A stretch of 64,000 nucleotides of DNA from Armatimonadota bacterium (GTDB lineage: Bacteria > Armatimonadota > SYMT01): NCBI GenBank assembly GCA_041690135.1, contig JAWLHY010000017.1, positions 64,001-128,000 of the forward strand, written 5' to 3'. The notes beneath the pieces are model-generated. The model had not been told where the DNA came from and did not search any database. It saw nothing but the letters and a program-made list of their open reading frames with translations. Made by a program: the position numbers and the translations under genes. Every line of letters begins with the position of its first letter. Position 1 is the stretch's first letter. This document shows positions 21,134 to 29,155 of the stretch, piece by piece.

Positions 21134-22311
21134 CGGGCTTTCCGCGCGGTGCTGGGCACCCCCGGAGTGGAGAATGCGGCCTCCGCTTCAGGTTTCCGTG
21201 GCACCGGCAGGTTCAGTGCTTCCAAAAGCATTGCCGCACGGTGGGCGTAAGTGTGGCGGCTGCGCACCGCGTGATAGCCACGCTCCCGGTACCCGGCAAG
21301 CCTTTCCGGATGGTCTAGCGCCGTCCGCACCATGTCGTGGTATTCGTCCAGGCTCTCGGGGACTAGCAGCTCTTCGGTGGCAAACAACTGGCGGTAACCG
21401 GGCGTGACATCGGTGATCGAGAGCCCCCCGCACCCGAGGATCTTATAGACCCGCTCATTCAGGTCGATGTGCATCACCGGCACGTGCGGCTCGTTGATGG
21501 ACGGGGAAAGCAGCGCGTCCCGGTAGAGGTAGGGCTCGTCCTCCACGGGTAGCTGCCCTCCGAACCCGGCATAAGGCCAGGGAGAGTACCCGTAGACCGT
21601 CAGTTCGCTCTCGTAGGGGCGGAGGTAAAGATCGAAGCTGCGGGCCTTGTTGGGCCAGTAGCCGCCAACGAAGGCGACCCGGATCCCCGGAAAACGCGCC
21701 GCACCTTCCCCCCGGTCGTAGAGCGTGGTATCGCATGCCAGCGGGAAGGGGATCACGTGCCGTCCGGGACCGGTCCAACCCGAAAAGTACTCCAGCCCGG
21801 CCTCCACGCACTGCCCAACCAGGCAGGGAGGCTCGGAGCGCAGCACCTGTTCTCGTGCTTCGGACATCCCGAGCGGCTCCAGTCCCGACTCCTGCCAGAA
21901 GAGCTCCTCACGGGCGAACCAGGGATTGACCCAGGCGATGTGCGGGTGCCGCCGAAGCTCGGCGAGTGCGGTCTCGTCCAGGAACGCGAAGTCGGATTCG
22001 CTCAGAAAGACAATCGGCTCCGGAAGACGGCGCAGGCGCGGAAGGTCGAACACACTCAACAATACGAAGTTGAGGCCAACCTGCTCGAAGCCGCGCGCCA
22101 GCCCCAACCGGCAGGTGACCCCGGCATTCGGCACTGATTCCCGGAAATGGGGACTGCACAGAATGACCGCCGTGCGGGCTTCCGGGTCCCAACTCCGGCT
22201 GCGCCGCGTGAGGATGACCGGCTCCCGCGCTCGCCGTTCCAGGGTCCGCCGCCGCCAGTCCCGCAGGGGCGCGGGGACGAGGCTTCGCAGGTGCTGGCGG
22301 AATGCCGTCAT
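21130..22311 (-). CDS. CgeB-family glycosyltransferase (Glyco_trans_1_2 C-terminal domain)
   Basis: FPLACD, VAFVGG, DLNERVYKILGCGG, HTYAHRA. Start ATG 22311 (ATGA overlap). Confidence 0.8.
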   Translation of the reverse strand: MTAFRQHLRSLVPAPLRDWRRRTLERRAREPVILTRRSRSWDPEARTAVILCSPHFRESVPNAGVTCRLGLARGFEQVGLNFVLLSVFDLPRLRRLPEPIVFLSESDFAFLDETALAELRRHPHIAWVNPWFAREELFWQESGLEPLGMSEAREQVLRSEPPCLVGQCVEAGLEYFSGWTGPGRHVIPFPLACDTTLYDRGEGAARFPGIRVAFVGGYWPNKARSFDLYLRPYESELTVYGYSPWPYAGFGGQLPVEDEPYLYRDALLSPSINEPHVPVMHIDLNERVYKILGCGGLSITDVTPGYRQLFATEELLVPESLDEYHDMVRTALDHPERLAGYRERGYHAVRSRHTYAHRAAMLLEALNLPVPRKPEAEAAFSTPGVPSTARKAR

Positions 22312-23300
22312 AACCCTGCGCCCACGCCCATGGAGGCAGTCGTAGTGCGAGAAGCCTTCCGGTTCCGGCGCCATCGGCTGGGAACCTGGAGCAGTTGCTC
22401 GCGGTGGGGTAGGCTCAGGAGATTGCGGGCCTCTCGGAACGCCTGGCGCCCATTTCCGCGCCGCAAGGCCTGGTACAGGCGGTACAGGACGCGGCTACCG
22501 ATTTCCACCTCGGCGTCCAGTAACTGCTGCCGGGCGCTGGAGTCCTCGGCCGGTACCCACTGCCACACGCGCCGCAAGTACTCGAGTTCCTCCACGCTCG
22601 CCCACCGATCCCGGATGTGGTTCGAAGAGTAACTTGCGGGATGGATCCGGTACTCCGCCGTGCAGCGATCGGTGTAGAACACCCGCTCCCGATAGGCGAG
22701 CTTCGTCCACAGGAGATAGTCTTCATAAGCGAAGCTCAGCCCAAGATCAAAACCGCCGACGGCGCGCACACTTTCCAGGCGGCACACGACCGCGGTGATC
22801 GGGATGAAGTTGCCCGCCAGCAAGCGGCTAAACGCGTCGGGTACGCGACCTGGGCCTGGACCGGTTCCCCATTCACTCGGGGCTTGCCGACCGGTACCGC
22901 TGGGGGTGTAAAAGCGGCGCATGCGTCCATAGACCAGGGCGATATCCCGGTTCTCTTCCAAAACTGTGGCCGACGCGGAGAAGTGACCGGGTAACAGGCG
23001 GTCGTCCGCATCCAGAAACCCGACCCACTTCCCCTGGGCCTCTTCCAGGCCCCGATTGCGCGCGGCGGACACTCCATGGTTCCGGCGGTCCGGGTGGAAG
23101 AGGAGCCGCACCTGGCTAGGGAACCGGTCGACGAGCGACTGCGCCACCGCCGCGCTACCGTCGGTGGACCCGTCGTCCACGATCAGGACTTCCAGGTCCG
23201 GGTACCCGTTGCCCAGGGCGCTCTCTACCGCCTCGGACAGGTACGCCGCGCCGTTGTAGACGGGCACGATCACGCTAAGGGCGGGTCCTGCGGCGCTCAT
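22308..23300 (-). CDS. Glycosyltransferase family 2
   Basis: SVIVPVYNGAAYL, VDDGSTDGS, GVSAARNRG, FLDADD, YEDYLLW. Start ATG 23300. Confidence 0.92.
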   Translation of the reverse strand: MSAAGPALSVIVPVYNGAAYLSEAVESALGNGYPDLEVLIVDDGSTDGSAAVAQSLVDRFPSQVRLLFHPDRRNHGVSAARNRGLEEAQGKWVGFLDADDRLLPGHFSASATVLEENRDIALVYGRMRRFYTPSGTGRQAPSEWGTGPGPGRVPDAFSRLLAGNFIPITAVVCRLESVRAVGGFDLGLSFAYEDYLLWTKLAYRERVFYTDRCTAEYRIHPASYSSNHIRDRWASVEELEYLRRVWQWVPAEDSSARQQLLDAEVEIGSRVLYRLYQALRRGNGRQAFREARNLLSLPHREQLLQVPSRWRRNRKASRTTTASMGVGAGL

Positions 23301-24301
23301 GTGACGGAAAGGCCGAGGTCGCGGAACAGGTTCTGCCACCGGTGCTCCCAGAGGTGCTCTCGGCGGGTGCGTTCATAGTACGCACGGGCGATCCGTGAGC
23401 GCCCCTCTTCGTTTGCCAGGTAGTGGCGCACCTTGTCGCAGCACTCCTCCATCGTTTCGAAGTCTTCGTACTCCTTGCCGCGAGTGTAGAACTCGTCCAG
23501 GTCCGGATTGCGAGTGCAGAGCATCAGCGAACCGCTCAGGCCCAGGTCGAAGACCCGGCTCTTGACCTGCACGTAGCCCGGCCGGCTGGCTTCCAGCGGC
23601 GTGAAGGAGATCCGCGTCCGGTTCCAGATCGCGTTGATGTCGGCGAATGACAACGGCTGCTCGCAGAGCGGCAGACGCAGGGCCGCCGCCACTCGTCTGC
23701 GGAGTTGCCACCGCAAGGCGCCGTCGTCGCCTTCTTTACCGCCGAAGCCCGTGCCGTAGGCCACCACGCGGCCGGCGCGACGCAGGGCGCGAATTTGCAT
23801 GGGCCGAAGCCCATAACTCAAGCCGACGAAGCTGACCGGAAGGTCCTTCGCGGTTTTAATCCCGTCGTAGGTGCCCACGCAGGCCCATTGAGAAAGGACG
23901 AGGTTGGGGTGAGCGGCGCGATTCGCCTCGTAGACTGAACGGTAAGTAGTGACCATCCGGTCGAAGTGGGGGCAAAGGCGGCTCGTGTGGTCTTCCCACC
24001 GCCAGTCGTCGTCGCTGTTCCAGGCGACGAGCAGCGTGTGCTTCCGCGCCTTCTCCAGGGTCTCCGGGTACAGCGCGGGGGTATCCGTGAGAACCAACGT
24101 CAGGTCGTACTTCCGCGCGCGCAGGACCTCCAGGAACCGATCGTTGAGCCAATCCCAGTCGACCCGGTGCCAGGCGGAGAAGTTGAACAGGCGGGTGGCG
24201 TGGCCCATCCTGCGGGGTGTGTCCACGAACCACTCCACGTGGGGATCGAGGCTGTCCGGGCTCCCATAGCGAAACGCCGGCATGGCGATCAGGATTTCCA
24301 T
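23297..24301 (-). CDS. CgeB-family glycosyltransferase
   Basis: WNSDDDWR, VSFVG, QVKSRVFDLGLSG, KVRHYL, EHLWEHRW. Start ATG 24301. Confidence 0.82.
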   Translation of the reverse strand: MEILIAMPAFRYGSPDSLDPHVEWFVDTPRRMGHATRLFNFSAWHRVDWDWLNDRFLEVLRARKYDLTLVLTDTPALYPETLEKARKHTLLVAWNSDDDWRWEDHTSRLCPHFDRMVTTYRSVYEANRAAHPNLVLSQWACVGTYDGIKTAKDLPVSFVGLSYGLRPMQIRALRRAGRVVAYGTGFGGKEGDDGALRWQLRRRVAAALRLPLCEQPLSFADINAIWNRTRISFTPLEASRPGYVQVKSRVFDLGLSGSLMLCTRNPDLDEFYTRGKEYEDFETMEECCDKVRHYLANEEGRSRIARAYYERTRREHLWEHRWQNLFRDLGLSVT

Positions 24302-24312
24302 GACGGCTTCCC

Positions 24313-25356
24313 CTACTCCCTCTCCCGCCGGGCCAAGGCAACCAGTTCTTCCCCGCCGCAAAGCGGTGATAGGCAGCGGAAGGGGAGTGCAAGGGCTCGC
24401 AGTCCCGGAGACTGGGCTACCCTGGAGCCCACTTCCGTAAGTCGGACCTTCCGGTCCACGGCTTGCGCCATCGTGAGGGTCCACCAACTCGCCGGGTCTT
24501 CATAGCGCACCCGGATTGCTCCAAATCCTGCGCGCTCCAGCAGAGTCGTGAGGGATGCCCGCGTAAACAGGTGCAGGTGAAACGGCACCCAGTGACTGAC
24601 ACTGCGGCTGCGGAGGAGGCGCAACGAGAGGCTCCGGCCGTTCGGAACGTAAATCGCGAGCTCTCCGCCGACCCGAAGATAGTCCTTTGCGGTTTGCAAC
24701 ACCTTCAATGGATCCAGCATATGTTCGAGGACGTTATCCAGGCGCACCAGGTCGAAGCGGCCCAAATTGGGCGCGAGTTCGTCCAGACTCGAAACCCGCA
24801 ACGTGGCTTCCGGAAGCCGGATTCGGGCGGAGTCAATAGCCGCGGGAGAAATGTCGATGCCGTTGATTTCCCAACCGCCTCCCGCAAAACCCGCCAGCGT
24901 GGTTCCGTCTCCGCATCCCATATCCAGAAGGCGCGGCGAAGGCCCGCCCGGTGGCGGCAGGTAACAATGCGCATCTCGATAGGAGCGGGTGCGTTCGCCG
25001 AGGAGGCGGTACTCCAGAAATCCGACCGCCCGCGAGAAAGAGGTCGGCGGGGTACATTCTGCGGAGCGCTCCTCGTCGGGTCTTGCCACCGTTGCTGCCC
25101 GGTAGTAGCTCGCAAGTTCCTCTGACGAGGGCATGGGAAAGAGGAAGATATGTCCACACGAGCGGCACTTTCGGTACTCTCCCACAACATTAATGCCGTC
25201 GCGCCGGTTACGGTCGGAGCTGATGCGGTGGGAATGGTCTCCATCGCATACGGTGCAGCGGGGCCTAATCGTTGCGGAGTCGGTCAAGGGAGTTTCAACG
25301 GATGGTGCCGCGTACCCGCCCGGCTGAGGTGTCTTGTCTCGACATCCGGAAGACAT
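24313..25356 (-). CDS. Class I SAM-dependent methyltransferase with N-terminal Cys cluster
   Basis: CTVC...CRSCG, LLDMGCGDG, GIDIS, NVLEHMLDP, PFHLHLF. Confidence 0.85.
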   Translation of the reverse strand: MSSGCRDKTPQPGGYAAPSVETPLTDSATIRPRCTVCDGDHSHRISSDRNRRDGINVVGEYRKCRSCGHIFLFPMPSSEELASYYRAATVARPDEERSAECTPPTSFSRAVGFLEYRLLGERTRSYRDAHCYLPPPGGPSPRLLDMGCGDGTTLAGFAGGGWEINGIDISPAAIDSARIRLPEATLRVSSLDELAPNLGRFDLVRLDNVLEHMLDPLKVLQTAKDYLRVGGELAIYVPNGRSLSLRLLRSRSVSHWVPFHLHLFTRASLTTLLERAGFGAIRVRYEDPASWWTLTMAQAVDRKVRLTEVGSRVAQSPGLRALALPFRCLSPLCGGEELVALARRERE

Positions 25357-26652
25357 TCATTTGCCGGTAAGTGCTCCGGAGGTCGTGGTGTTTACGGTCT
25401 TCCACTGGAGATCCGGTCGTACTACTCCGGGCCAGTTGCGTAGCCACCGCTGGTGGGTTCGATCCACCCAAGGGGTAGTGTCGATATCAAAGCTAACGGT
25501 GGACTGCACCCAGTCTATCGCCAGTTCGTTGGTGGCCGGGCGCTCGGAGTTGTAAAGCCAGGCCCCAACCGTAACTCGCCCCTCGGGAAAAATGAACGGA
25601 GGGACTTCGCAAATGGAGGTGTGCAGACCCGGAGGCAGGACACCCAGGTCCCACTGCGCACTGGAGAACAGGATCACATCTTCGGAATTGACGAAGTGCA
25701 AACCCGGAATCACGGGTGAAGACTTTCCTTCAACGCAAAAAGTGAGTGCCACTCGAAGAGCTTCATCGGCCCGAACAATCAGTTCCTCACGCCCGAGTAA
25801 CTCTACGGCCATCACCCTTACGGGCGGTTCTGGCGCGCATCCGGACGGGGAGTGGGAGCGAGTCCAGCGGACCACGCCGCCTTCCTGTCCGCAGCGGCTG
25901 TATTGGTCTACAATCGCGCCGGCAGGTCCGTGTGCCACCACCTGCCCCCGGTCCAGGAAGACACACGAGCGGCAGAGTGCCCGCACCGCTGCGAGGTTGT
26001 GGCTGACGAAAAGGACGGTGCGGCCTTCCCCCGTGACTTCCCCCATTTTGCCCAGGCATTTCTTCTGGAAGGCGGCATCTCCCACCGCCAGCACTTCATC
26101 GACCACCAGGACCTCCGGCTCCAGGTGAGCGGCCACGGCGAAAGCCAGTCGCAGGTACATCCCGCTGGAGTAGCGCTTGACCGGGGTATCGACGAATGCC
26201 TCTACTTCGGCGAATTGCACGATCTCGTCGAACTTTCGCCGGATTTCGTGCCGGGTCATGCCAAGGATCGCGCCGTTCAGGTAGATGTTCTCCCTTCCCG
26301 AAAGCTCCGCGTGGAACCCGGTGCCGACCTCGAGGAGGCTGGCCACACGTCCCCGGATCACAACGCGACCCTGGGTGGGCTCGGTGATCCGGGACAGGAT
26401 CTTCAACAGGGTGCTTTTACCGGCGCCGTTCCTGCCGATGATCCCCACCGCCTGTCCGCGTTCTACCGTCAGGTCGATGTCCTTCAGCGCCCAGAGACGC
26501 GGCTTTGGGGTTGCCACCTCGCCGCGGAGCCGCCGGAAAGGGCGCTTGACCCCTTCGACCAGCGCCTCTCGCAGGGAACCGTACCGGTATTCCGCTGCCC
26601 CAAGCTCGTACTGCTTGCTCAGCCCCTGGATTTCAATCGCCGCGGGCGGCAT
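25357..26652 (-). CDS. wzt: Polysaccharide ABC exporter ATP-binding subunit with C-terminal Wzt_C-type domain
   Basis: Walker A GRNGAGKST, LLEVGTGFH, YSSGMYLRLAF signature, VDEVLAVGD, VSHN; about 180-aa C-terminal extension. Confidence 0.93.
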   Translation of the reverse strand: MPPAAIEIQGLSKQYELGAAEYRYGSLREALVEGVKRPFRRLRGEVATPKPRLWALKDIDLTVERGQAVGIIGRNGAGKSTLLKILSRITEPTQGRVVIRGRVASLLEVGTGFHAELSGRENIYLNGAILGMTRHEIRRKFDEIVQFAEVEAFVDTPVKRYSSGMYLRLAFAVAAHLEPEVLVVDEVLAVGDAAFQKKCLGKMGEVTGEGRTVLFVSHNLAAVRALCRSCVFLDRGQVVAHGPAGAIVDQYSRCGQEGGVVRWTRSHSPSGCAPEPPVRVMAVELLGREELIVRADEALRVALTFCVEGKSSPVIPGLHFVNSEDVILFSSAQWDLGVLPPGLHTSICEVPPFIFPEGRVTVGAWLYNSERPATNELAIDWVQSTVSFDIDTTPWVDRTHQRWLRNWPGVVRPDLQWKTVNTTTSGALTGK

Positions 26653-26696
26653 CCACGCTCTCCCTATTGGGGTGAAGGGGTAGGGACGGTCTCATG

Positions 26697-27557
26697 TCAA
26701 ATCACGTCCGCGAAGCGGCGTTCGACGGAGCGGAAATAGGCCGCTCCTCCCAGGAATAGCAGCAGGGAAACCCCCAGCGCCAGGCCGACGTACGGCCACT
26801 CGACCGGTTGAGCGAGAAATGCGGCGCGGAACCCTTCGATCAGTCCATACATCGGGTTCAGCGACAGAACCCAGCGCCACGCTTCCGGCACGATGGAAAC
26901 CGGGAAGATGACCGGCGTGACGAAGAACCAGACCTGGACCAGGAACGGCACCACGTACCGGAAGTCGCGGTAGGTGACGGTAAGAGCCGAAAGCAGCGAG
27001 CCGACGCCGGTCGCGGCGAGGATCATGCCCAGGAGAAGTGCGGGGGTCGTCAGGATGAGCCAGGTCGGAGGAATGCCGTGGACCGCCATGAGCAGCAGGA
27101 GCACGCCGAGGGCCACTGCCAGGTCTACCAGCCCGGCGCAGACAGCGGAAAGCGGGATGATCAGCCGCGGAAAGTAGACCTTGGTGATGAGGTTCGCACT
27201 TCCCACCAGCGAGCCGCTGCTGTTGTTGATTGCCGAGGCGAAGAAGTTCCACGGGAGAAGCCCGGCGAACACGTAGATGTGGTAGGGGAGCCGCGTCTTC
27301 TGCTCGAAACCTGCCAGCTTCCCAAAAAACAGGGTGAAAACCACCATGTACATCACCGGCTGGAGCACCGCCCAGGCGGCCCCTAGCGCGGTCTGCTTGT
27401 ACCGGATCTTCACGTCCCGCCAGGTGAGGAAGTAGAGGAGCTCCCGATATCTCCAAACTTCCCGCCAATCGATCCGTACCCATCCCTGAGAGGGCTCGAT
27501 GACCTGGGTGAGGCTCGGAAGCAGACCCTCCGGGCTCTCTGGGGCGATTTCGATCAC
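26697..27557 (-). CDS. wzm: Polysaccharide ABC exporter permease
   Basis: WRYRELLYFLTWRDVKIRYKQTALG, NLITKVYFPRLIIP, YRDFRY, LNPM. Probable start GTG 27557 (track start 27653). Confidence 0.93.
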   Translation of the reverse strand: MIEIAPESPEGLLPSLTQVIEPSQGWVRIDWREVWRYRELLYFLTWRDVKIRYKQTALGAAWAVLQPVMYMVVFTLFFGKLAGFEQKTRLPYHIYVFAGLLPWNFFASAINNSSGSLVGSANLITKVYFPRLIIPLSAVCAGLVDLAVALGVLLLLMAVHGIPPTWLILTTPALLLGMILAATGVGSLLSALTVTYRDFRYVVPFLVQVWFFVTPVIFPVSIVPEAWRWVLSLNPMYGLIEGFRAAFLAQPVEWPYVGLALGVSLLLFLGGAAYFRSVERRFADVI

Positions 27558-27564
27558 CCCGGGC

Positions 27565-29142
27565 TCAGAAGAGGCCAAAGAGGAATCCAAGGTAAGGCAG
27601 TTCCCGCAGGTAGTAGAGCGGCCCCCGGTCGGGAGCCCGGCGCGGCGGCACATAGATGACGTCGCCGGTTTCCAGGGGGATGTTGTCGGTCCGGCTCTCC
27701 TTGCGCTTGATCTCGTTGAGGTTGACGCGGGCCTTGAGCTGGCCGCCGCGAATGATTTCCACCTTGGTTAAGTCGGCGAGTGCGGGGTTGAATACGCCCG
27801 GCAGGTCCTGCGCTCCTGGGTTCACCTGCTCGCTGTTCTGCAGGAAGAACTCGCGGATCGTCTGTCCCCGGAACTGGCCCGCTGATCCCTCGACGGGTAC
27901 ACGTTCCAGAGGTCGCCATCCCGGCTGTTGCACCCCGCCGATCACGATGACGCTGTCTTCGATCTTGGGGACGTAGATCTCATCGCCCTTTTGGAGCCGC
28001 AGCTTCTGGTGTGGCGGGCGGAGAATCTCTTCTTGCAGGTTGACCCAGGGCCCCGGGTCAGCTGCGACCGCCGTTTTTGGGTCTCCTGCCGTATCACCTG
28101 GAGGTGGGATCCGCTTTTCGGGGACGAGACCGAGTTTGGCGCCGTTCCACTCCACCCGCTTGCCTTCACGGTACACCCGGATCCGGCGGGGATCGGCGAG
28201 CGGGGGGAGACCACCTTCTTTGAAGACGTCCTCCAGCCGCATGTCATCCGTCAGCGCGAGCGTTCCGGGCGTGCGCACCAGGCCGGAAAGACGCACGGTG
28301 GCTTGTTTCTCCACCGGACGAAGGTGAACCTCGATTGCATCCCCTTCGCGGATTTCCAGTGCGGCATTGATTCCTTCCGAAGGGTCTGCGGCGCGGGTAG
28401 ATGCGAGACCGGGGGTCATCGCGGAGCCTCTTTTGTTCGAGGGCGCCGCTGGTGGCTGCTTCTCCGCTTGGGCTTCGTTCAACTCTACATCCTCGATCGA
28501 TACCGGAATGTAGCCGCCCGGCTGGATCAGGTGTTTGCGCGGGTCCGTGGGGAAGAGCTCGGCCGGGGTCGGTTTCATAGCCGGGAGTGCAGTCGCACGA
28601 AGAACGCGCTCTCCCTCCGGCCGCGGATAGACCCGGATGCCGCGCGGGTCGGCCTCCCGCAGCAGGCCGCCCGCCAGGACCAGCGCGCGCCGGATGTTCA
28701 GGCCGTCTTCAAACTCGATCTGGCCGGGAGAGGCCACCGCGCCCGCTACCGTGATGAAACGGCGCGGCTTGGGCGCCGGCGGCGGTTCGGGCGCCAGTCG
28801 GAGCAGCGTTACGGTGACCTTGTAGTTCACCAGTTCCCCGTCCAGCAGGCGGGTTACTTCCGCTTCCAACTCGGAAACCTTCTTGCCCTCCGCCCGGACG
28901 GTGCCGATGTTCCGGAGAAAGGCGGTTCCGTCCGGCAGTACGATGGCCTCGACATCGTATTCTTTTTGCGGGCTGATCGATACCGAGATCTGGTCTCCGG
29001 GCCGGAGACGGTAGTCGCGTGTAACGGCCTTCGCCGCCGCGGGCGTTTTTTCACCCTCCGGTTGCGCAAACAGTTCGCGGGGGTTACCCACGGCGGTGAC
29101 CAGGGCGGCTATCAGAATCAAGGTGACTCCGGAATGCTTCAT
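27565..29142 (-). CDS. wza: Polysaccharide export protein (OPX/Wza family; Poly_export plus SLBB domains)
   Basis: YRLRPGDQI...VLPDGTAFLRNIGTVRAEGK (PES motif); SLBB repeats GAVASPG, GLVRTPG, GGVQQPG; LETGDVIYVP. Signal peptide from ATG 29142. Confidence 0.85.
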   Translation of the reverse strand: MKHSGVTLILIAALVTAVGNPRELFAQPEGEKTPAAAKAVTRDYRLRPGDQISVSISPQKEYDVEAIVLPDGTAFLRNIGTVRAEGKKVSELEAEVTRLLDGELVNYKVTVTLLRLAPEPPPAPKPRRFITVAGAVASPGQIEFEDGLNIRRALVLAGGLLREADPRGIRVYPRPEGERVLRATALPAMKPTPAELFPTDPRKHLIQPGGYIPVSIEDVELNEAQAEKQPPAAPSNKRGSAMTPGLASTRAADPSEGINAALEIREGDAIEVHLRPVEKQATVRLSGLVRTPGTLALTDDMRLEDVFKEGGLPPLADPRRIRVYREGKRVEWNGAKLGLVPEKRIPPPGDTAGDPKTAVAADPGPWVNLQEEILRPPHQKLRLQKGDEIYVPKIEDSVIVIGGVQQPGWRPLERVPVEGSAGQFRGQTIREFFLQNSEQVNPGAQDLPGVFNPALADLTKVEIIRGGQLKARVNLNEIKRKESRTDNIPLETGDVIYVPPRRAPDRGPLYYLRELPYLGFLFGLF

Positions 29143-29155
29143 CAAGACCTTCTCC

